64,000 nt of DNA from Pseudomonadales bacterium. Its GTDB lineage: Bacteria > Pseudomonadota > Gammaproteobacteria > Pseudomonadales > Azotimanducaceae. Each line of letters starts with the position of its first letter. The first letter of the stretch is position 1. The stretch lies in contig JAQXDL010000038.1 in the NCBI GenBank assembly GCA_029251375.1, positions 10,578 through 74,577 of the forward strand, written 5' to 3'. Of this stretch, positions 57,899 to 64,000 are shown piece after piece. A model generated the notes under the pieces. It did not search any database and was not told the origin of the DNA. It saw only the letters and a list, made by a program, of their open reading frames with translations. Position numbers and translations under genes: made by a program.

Positions 57899-58787
57899 TT
57901 GTCTTATTCATGAAATGCCTCGCCACCCCGAACGACCGGATAGACTAAGGTCTGTCTTGGCGACGCTCAATGAACGTGGATTAATTAGCGAAATGAACGA
58001 AGGACTCGCTAGCGAAATTAGTCTCGATCTAATTGAGCAGGTACATCCTCGCCACTACATTGACGACGTACTGGCCTTTGAGCCGCGTCAGGGTGTAGCG
58101 AAATTCGAACCCGACACCTACATGAATCTCGGTAGCAGCAGAGCAGCAAGACTTAGTGCCGGTGCTGTCGCGGAGGCGACGTCGAGAGTTTTAGCCGGTG
58201 AGAGTAATCGCGCTTTCTGCGCCATAAGACCCCCCGGACACCATGCCGAGATCGCCGCCGCCTTTGGTTTTTGTCTTTTTAACAACGTAGCGATCGGTGC
58301 AAAACTCGCGCTACAGGACCCCTCTATAAACCGCGTGGCCATTTTAGATTTTGATGTCCATCACTGTAATGGCACTGTTGATATCTTTAAAGATGATCCG
58401 AGAGTTATGGTCTGCAGTAGCTTCCAAGAAGATTTTTATCCACATCGTTTTCTCGATTACGAAAATGAACATATCATCAATACACCACTAGCAGCTGGCA
58501 CGTCGGGTGATGACTATAGATCACTGATAGAAACTACCTGGTTGCGGCAAATTGAGTCGCATAAACCGGACCTCATCTTCGTATCAGCTGGCTTTGATGC
58601 TCACCGAGATGACCCCCTTGCGGAAATACAACTCATCGAGGACGACTATCGTTGGATAACAGAAATGATTATATCCCTTGCCGAGGACCACTCAAAGGGT
58701 CGAATTGTCTCTACCTTGGAGGGCGGCTATCACCTGCAAGCGTTGGGCAATTCGGCTGCGGCCCATGTAGCAGCGCTCATCAGCTAA
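57870..58787 (+). CDS. Histone-deacetylase-family zinc amidohydrolase (acetylpolyamine/acetyl-lysine deacetylase-like)
   Basis: RPPGHHA, DFDVHHCNGT, GFDAHRDDPL and EGGY motifs. The start overlaps the 3' end of lhr by 29 nt. Confidence 0.88.
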   Translation: MPAILLSHPDCLIHEMPRHPERPDRLRSVLATLNERGLISEMNEGLASEISLDLIEQVHPRHYIDDVLAFEPRQGVAKFEPDTYMNLGSSRAARLSAGAVAEATSRVLAGESNRAFCAIRPPGHHAEIAAAFGFCLFNNVAIGAKLALQDPSINRVAILDFDVHHCNGTVDIFKDDPRVMVCSSFQEDFYPHRFLDYENEHIINTPLAAGTSGDDYRSLIETTWLRQIESHKPDLIFVSAGFDAHRDDPLAEIQLIEDDYRWITEMIISLAEDHSKGRIVSTLEGGYHLQALGNSAAAHVAALIS

Positions 58788-58830
58788 ACAAGAAATAATA
58801 CTCAAAGGCACGTCGTCCGTGAGTCGTGCA

Positions 58831-60606
58831 TTACAAGTATTGTGAAATATCCACCTCGTCAATCTGTTCAAGCTCAAGGTATTTCTCTGCGTATTCGTTA
58901 TACACACCGCTGGTTAAGAAAAGCTTAAACAGATCAGGATCAAGATGATGATCTTTCACCATAAAGGACATGATTCGAATACTTTCGCTCAGCTTCTTTG
59001 CTGGCTTATAAGGTCTGTCAGCTGCGGTTAATGCTTCGAAGACATCTGCAATCGCCATGACGCGAGCCGGAATCGACATCTCATCACCGGTAAGTTTCTT
59101 GGGGTAACCTGTGCCATCCATTTTTTCGTGATGACCACCGGCTATTTCAGCCACCCGTTCCAAATGCTTCGGAAACGGTAAGTTCTCGAGCATAACGATG
59201 GTCTGCACGATGTGATCGTTAATCTTAAATCGTTCTTCTTCAGTGAGAGTACCTCGCGCAACCGCAAGATTATAAACTTCGCCGCGGTTGTACTTGTGAG
59301 GCGGCACATCAAGTTTAAATCCATAGGGGTTATCAGGGTTTGAAGAATGCACAAGACCGTCGTGCTCAATGATGTGATCAGGACGGTCATCGAGCAACGG
59401 CACTCGTTGTGGTAACTCAATTCTCGGCATTTTTTCTTTACGTCTCGCCTCATCAAAAGACACACCTAAACGATCATCTAGGGTTTGCGTCCACTGCTGC
59501 TTAGCTATTCGCTTTAGGCGTTCGACTTTCCCGTCAGCCATGAATTCACCACCTAGGTTACATTCCGCGATAAATTCAAAATCATCGTTTATCTGTTGTA
59601 AGTCAGCTTCGTATTGAGTCTTCAATTCCGCCTCGTTAGACGTACCGTCCAAGAGCGCCTGTTGATAACCAATGGTTTTCTCTGCTTTGAGCAGTTCAAA
59701 ACGCATTCTGACTTCGTGTATTCTGTCTGTAATAGTTTCTAGTTTGGTCGCTTTATCGACCACATACTCCGGTGTTGTCACCTTACCGCAGTCATGCAGC
59801 CATGCACCGATGTGCAACTCGTACCATTCTTCTTCACTAAGGTTAAAGTCTGCCAAAAAAGCTTCTGTAGACTCGCATGCCGCTCGTGTCAGCATCTCAG
59901 TTAGTTCTGGCACACGCTGACAGTGGCCACCTGTATAAGGTGACTTCGCATCCACAGCACTCGCCATTAGCTCAATAAAGGAATCTAGTAGGTTTTTCTG
60001 TGATTCAATCAAATTTTGATTTTCTAACGAGACCGCTGCTTGAGAAGCTAATGCCTCAATAAGCGGTTGAGATGCCTCAGGAAAAGCCACGACTTCGCCC
60101 GTTTTAGGGTCGAGAGAATTCAAAAGCTGCAGGACGCCGATGACTCTTCCCGCGTTATTCTTTAAAGGTACCGTCAGCAATGATTTGGAACGATATCCTG
60201 TCGCTACATCAAACTTTTTCGTGCCAGTGAAATCGAACTTATCCACAACGTACGCGTCACTAATATTAATCGTTTCACCCGTATTGGCGACAAAACTGAC
60301 ATTCGTTCTTAGATTAGGTTTTCCATCAATAAACATATCCACTGGAGGCAAGCTAATGCTCCTGCCTGATGTACCGCCCTCGGCAATGTTCAGTGAATCG
60401 GTTCGAAGGATAGTAAATTGAAGTTGATCATCCTTCGTTCGGATATATAGGGTTCCTCCATCAGCATTACCCATAGTTTTTGCTTCAAGCAGGATGCGTT
60501 CCATCAAGCGGTTGGCATCTTTCTCTGAAGAAAGAGCGATACCAATATCAATTAGGCGTTTAAATGAAAGTCGATCCGATGCCATGCGTTTCCCTGCTGC
60601 GTTCAT
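58831..60606 (-). CDS. GAF-domain HD-GYP phosphohydrolase (probable cyclic-di-GMP phosphodiesterase)
   Basis: N-terminal GAF-like region, then HDCGKV and GGHHEKMDGTGYP (HD-GYP signature). Confidence 0.85.
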   Translation of the reverse strand: MNAAGKRMASDRLSFKRLIDIGIALSSEKDANRLMERILLEAKTMGNADGGTLYIRTKDDQLQFTILRTDSLNIAEGGTSGRSISLPPVDMFIDGKPNLRTNVSFVANTGETINISDAYVVDKFDFTGTKKFDVATGYRSKSLLTVPLKNNAGRVIGVLQLLNSLDPKTGEVVAFPEASQPLIEALASQAAVSLENQNLIESQKNLLDSFIELMASAVDAKSPYTGGHCQRVPELTEMLTRAACESTEAFLADFNLSEEEWYELHIGAWLHDCGKVTTPEYVVDKATKLETITDRIHEVRMRFELLKAEKTIGYQQALLDGTSNEAELKTQYEADLQQINDDFEFIAECNLGGEFMADGKVERLKRIAKQQWTQTLDDRLGVSFDEARRKEKMPRIELPQRVPLLDDRPDHIIEHDGLVHSSNPDNPYGFKLDVPPHKYNRGEVYNLAVARGTLTEEERFKINDHIVQTIVMLENLPFPKHLERVAEIAGGHHEKMDGTGYPKKLTGDEMSIPARVMAIADVFEALTAADRPYKPAKKLSESIRIMSFMVKDHHLDPDLFKLFLTSGVYNEYAEKYLELEQIDEVDISQYL

Positions 60607-60862
60607 CCTTTAAAATGTAGCATTACTATTAAATTGCAGACTCCTTATATAGGGTTGAGCTTAACGCTTCAAGTTTTCAGAATCGATAAATTCACTGTCA
60701 AAGGCCGCTTACTGGGTACTTCGTCGACCTCGGCTACTCACCACTTGCCACCCACATACCTGGTTGCCTTGATAAAGGCATTAGATTTTACGGATGACCG
60801 TCTGGTATCGAGTTAAAGCTTCAGCTAAGCTCGCAAACTTTGTCACTAACATCACATTACCT

Positions 60863-61780
60863 ATGTCGAAAATACCTTTTACGTACAAGTATGATTTTGA
60901 GTACGCCCGAATTGAAACTTTGACGCCCATGATCAGGCGTGTCACCGCGCGCAACCCAAGCGGCTTTTCGTTTCATGGCACGGGCACATATATCATAGGT
61001 CACGGTAATGTAGCCGTTATTGACCCCGGACCAAATTTACCCGAACACATCGATGCGCTGAAACAGGCGCTGGCCCCAGAAACTGTAAGCCATATCCTCA
61101 TCACGCATACCCACGAAGATCATTCCCCTGCTTCACATGAGTTAAAAGCTTTCTGGGGCGCCAAGACTTACGGCTATGGACCTCATGGTTCAGGAAAAAT
61201 TGCCGAGGGTGTTGCTATTGAAGCTGGCGGCGATATGGACTTCGTACCAGACATTGAGATTAGACATGGCGATATCATAAAAGGGGATGATTGGGAGGTC
61301 GAATGTGTCTACACGCCAGGTCATACGTCCAATCATATGTGCTTTGCATTGCTTAACGAGAAAGCACTGTTTACCGGCGATCATGTAATGGGATGGTCTA
61401 CAACCGTCATCGGTCCACCTGACGGGGATATGACACAGTATATGGACAGCCTAGAACTATTACTTGAACGTGAAGACGAGATTTATTGGCCCACGCATGG
61501 CACCGCTATTAAAGACGTTAAGAATTTTGTTCAAGCCTACATAGACCATAGAATCGACAGAGAGAAGCAAATTTTACATTGCTTATCTCAGGGTGTGGAC
61601 TTGATCGTTGAGATGGTGCCGATCATGTACGCTGAAACGGATAAGAGTCTCTATGGTGCAGCCGGAAGCTCTGTATTTGCGGCGATGCAGAGATTGGTGT
61701 CTATTGGCACCGTTCGCTGCTCAGATGCAACGCCTTCAAAGGGTTCAGCTTTTCATCTTGCAAAGGCATCAGAGAGCTAG
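60863..61780 (+). CDS. MBL-fold metallo-hydrolase (LACTB2-like, with C-terminal winged-helix)
   Basis: HTHEDHSP metal motif and TPGHTSNH. C-terminal helical domain. The ATG at 60863 (MSKIPF) is preferred over the upstream start in the track. Confidence 0.82.
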   Translation: MSKIPFTYKYDFEYARIETLTPMIRRVTARNPSGFSFHGTGTYIIGHGNVAVIDPGPNLPEHIDALKQALAPETVSHILITHTHEDHSPASHELKAFWGAKTYGYGPHGSGKIAEGVAIEAGGDMDFVPDIEIRHGDIIKGDDWEVECVYTPGHTSNHMCFALLNEKALFTGDHVMGWSTTVIGPPDGDMTQYMDSLELLLEREDEIYWPTHGTAIKDVKNFVQAYIDHRIDREKQILHCLSQGVDLIVEMVPIMYAETDKSLYGAAGSSVFAAMQRLVSIGTVRCSDATPSKGSAFHLAKASES

Positions 61781-61792
61781 CAGTTGGCATGA

Positions 61793-62794
61793 CTAGTTGA
61801 TGATTTTCGCACCGCCCTCAATATGCAAAGCTGATGGATGGTTCATATCGAAACTGACTTGACGTTCTACGTGCATCAACACTGCACTATTGTCTCGCAT
61901 AAAAACCTCAGCCAGCTGGCTCTGCATCGCTCGTGCGTCATAACGACTATTGTTACTCGTCATTGCGCTTTGACTAAACGCTTTACCTGCTAGCTCGATA
62001 GCAGCAGCGTGTCTTGCTGTCACCGAAAGCTGATCAACCTGAACCTGTCTAATTCTCAACAGAGATTGATCACTGCCATGGATATCAAGGCGATCAGCCA
62101 CAAGTAGACCAATATCAAAATGTGATTGAGCAGACAAACGAACAAAAAGACGACTAACGATCATCTCATCCACGCGCACCCTAGAACCTTCTAGATCGAC
62201 ATCCAAACGTGGTTCACTGACAGCGTCAGTGCTGAAAACGAACTGCTTCAATTTTTTCTTGTGCAAATGTACCTTGATTGGCTCTTTCAACGGCCCACTT
62301 AGGTTTACTGTTAACCTACCTTTTTTCTGACCAACATGGACGCGACGCATGGTATCGGCATTTGCGCTAATCTGAAGTGTGTTGTCGCTAAAGTCATTGC
62401 AATCATCGATGCTAATTTGAGCGTTGGAGAGTAAGGAGATATTTTCAATCTCGGTAAGATCGAATGTTAACGTCTCTATTTCGTTTGAACGGTGAGATTT
62501 TTCTTGCTCTGTCTCCCCCCATGCTGATTCCGACACAATTAAATGTAGGAGGACAAAAATGAGCGACAAGACGATAAGTGGTTTATTGCTAGATGCGGTT
62601 TCAGGCGTTTGCAATAACTCCTGAGGGTTGCCAGGCGAATGAGTGCAGCCAGACATGTCAGAAGGTGGATGCGGCGTTGCGCTACTCGAGGTTGATTTGA
62701 AACCTTTTACAGAGGCTACGTTGATCGTACTGATTGAGTCGGCAGAGGCTTGAGTCACGGGCAACAGGTCCAAATCGGATTCGCAAATTTGCAT
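61793..62794 (-). CDS. Membrane-anchored hypothetical protein with DUF2807/GIN-like beta-repeat C-terminal region
   Basis: Ser/Thr/Pro-rich N-terminus, TM helix LIVLSLIFVLLHLIV, then repetitive beta-strand pattern resembling DUF2807. The start codon is uncertain. Confidence 0.55.
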   Translation of the reverse strand: MQICESDLDLLPVTQASADSISTINVASVKGFKSTSSSATPHPPSDMSGCTHSPGNPQELLQTPETASSNKPLIVLSLIFVLLHLIVSESAWGETEQEKSHRSNEIETLTFDLTEIENISLLSNAQISIDDCNDFSDNTLQISANADTMRRVHVGQKKGRLTVNLSGPLKEPIKVHLHKKKLKQFVFSTDAVSEPRLDVDLEGSRVRVDEMIVSRLFVRLSAQSHFDIGLLVADRLDIHGSDQSLLRIRQVQVDQLSVTARHAAAIELAGKAFSQSAMTSNNSRYDARAMQSQLAEVFMRDNSAVLMHVERQVSFDMNHPSALHIEGGAKIIN

Positions 62795-62911
62795 TACCTC
62801 AGTGATTGCACATACCGTGCCAGACTATAACCCACTGTTTTTTAACACGTTTCAAAACTTACTTGATTACCGACATAGGCATTGACGTAACTAGTTGGTC
62901 AATTCAACCAA

Positions 62912-63955
62912 CTAATTCGCTCGCGTAATAACATCCCAAAGCGCATCCGCGCCTCTGGCAACAATGGTTCTTGCCAATTGTTGTTGCCAATATGTCTCTT
63001 TGCCATATTGATCGCGCCAAACCCAAAGACGTCGCGTTCTCAAGTTCAACGGATGCTCTCGGGTATAGCCCATCGCACCATGCACCTGATGGGATATGTC
63101 GGCCACCTTCTGAACAGCCTCACCGACTCTTGCCTTGGCAATGGCGATATCCATGACCGCATCGGAGTTGAGTATAGAGTCCGCAGCACGCTGACAGGAC
63201 GCCACTTCACCAGCAAGTATGGCAAGTTGTTGCTGCACTGCTTGAAACTGAGAGATTGCGCGACCAAATTGTTTACGCTCAAGCGCATATGCGACTGACA
63301 TATCTAAAATTGAGGTCATTGCACCACACATTAAGTTAACGCGCGTTATTGCACCGAGTTGTCTCAGTCGCTCAGACGCGCCGTTGAGTTTGACAACATT
63401 TAACGCTTCGATTGATCCAATGGATGTGCCTGATGGAAAAATCGATTCGGATTCCCCCGCAATATTTAACATCGGCGCAGCATTTAATGCCTTGGGAGAA
63501 ACAACCGCAATTTCATTTTCAGCTACGATCACCCAATGATTACAATGCAGACCAAAGCTCACTGGCGCGAGATCACCGACAATATCTGTAGCACTGCCTT
63601 GCTGACTAAACTCTATTTTGCCGCCCTCTAATGCGCCCGCAACGGTCAGCGGACCGGCTGGAAGTTCTATGCCTGCCTCAACCAGCAAGGTGGCTGCAAT
63701 GAAGTTCTCGGCTAGCGGTATCGGGGCGGCAAATTCTGCCGCTTGTCGAATAACAAGTAATGCGTCAGCCACATCACCACCAGAGCCTCCCGCATCCTCG
63801 GCAATACCTGCAAGAGTCAATCCTGAAGTCTCGAGCGCATGCCAAAGGGTTTGGACCCATTCACCTGCCTCACCACGATCAACGACTTCTTTTGTGCAGA
63901 GATCTGAAAAAATTCTGTGGCTTGTTTCAACGATAAGTTGCTGTTGTTCATTCAT
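62912..63955 (-). CDS. Acyl-CoA dehydrogenase family protein (short, 347 aa)
   Basis: ACAD C-terminal helical domain pattern (ALERKQFGRAISQFQAVQ..LA, GAMGYTREHPL....RR). Lies immediately downstream of another ACAD-like gene. Confidence 0.78.
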   Translation of the reverse strand: MNEQQQLIVETSHRIFSDLCTKEVVDRGEAGEWVQTLWHALETSGLTLAGIAEDAGGSGGDVADALLVIRQAAEFAAPIPLAENFIAATLLVEAGIELPAGPLTVAGALEGGKIEFSQQGSATDIVGDLAPVSFGLHCNHWVIVAENEIAVVSPKALNAAPMLNIAGESESIFPSGTSIGSIEALNVVKLNGASERLRQLGAITRVNLMCGAMTSILDMSVAYALERKQFGRAISQFQAVQQQLAILAGEVASCQRAADSILNSDAVMDIAIAKARVGEAVQKVADISHQVHGAMGYTREHPLNLRTRRLWVWRDQYGKETYWQQQLARTIVARGADALWDVITRAN

Positions 63956-63965
63956 GGTCGTTCAC

Positions 63966-64000
63966 CTATCGCAATCCAAGTCCGCGAGCGATAACGCCGC
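63966..64000 (-). CDS. 3' end of another acyl-CoA-dehydrogenase-like gene (partial, continues beyond the window)
   Basis: The minus-strand frame reads ...GVIARGLGLR* with the stop at 63966-63968. This tail is typical of ACADs. Only 11 codons are visible. Confidence 0.4.
   Translation of the reverse strand, partial: GVIARGLGLR

Noticed and set aside
1-64000. A whole-window check for mobile elements, CRISPR arrays, tRNA/rRNA genes, toxin-antitoxin pairs or known defence-system genes.
   Set aside because: I recognised no integrase, transposase, Cas protein, repeat-spacer array, tRNA-like cloverleaf or typical defence domain. Flanking genes are housekeeping throughout, except for the 25.6-33.8 kb surface locus.

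Overview
This is a gene-dense chromosomal segment of about 50 CDS. Its gene content fits a free-living aquatic or marine gammaproteobacterium: a TonB-dependent receptor, glycolate oxidase glcDEF, and cadherin/thrombospondin-repeat surface proteins. That is inference; no taxon can be assigned from this window. Most of it is ordinary housekeeping: lpxC, uup, rapA, lepB, prc, djlA, manB, xni, a ycaQ-like gene, yedK, glcDEF, ribB-type, lhr and fatty-acid activation/oxidation genes. I saw no rRNA, tRNA, CRISPR array, integrase, transposase, phage gene or recognisable defence gene. The only accessory-looking block is 25.6-33.8 kb. It holds three co-oriented secreted proteins that share Asp-rich thrombospondin-type-3 (TSP3) calcium-binding repeats. 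These are a 1447-aa lipoprotein S8 protease, a 603-aa lipoprotein sharing a ~1.35-kb duplicated cadherin/TSP3 module with it, and a translationally coupled 523-aa protein I cannot place. Other items worth a second look:
- enzymes with substituted signature residues: an OTCase-like transcarbamylase, a glutamine-synthetase-like protein, and a RibB with a degenerate GTP cyclohydrolase II domain;
- bacterial homologues of animal enzymes: a GTDC1/queuosine-mannosyltransferase-like protein and an iodotyrosine-deiodinase-like protein;
- a Qnr-like pentapeptide protein;
- a K-channel-like/RCK membrane protein with a degenerate filter;
- three decayed gene remnants, each with a single in-frame TAA;
- a few repeat or palindrome motifs in divergent promoter regions.
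I did not find a convincing novel multi-gene system. The surface locus is the best candidate and remains a hypothesis. All calls come from reading the supplied translations and the DNA by eye, with no searches run.
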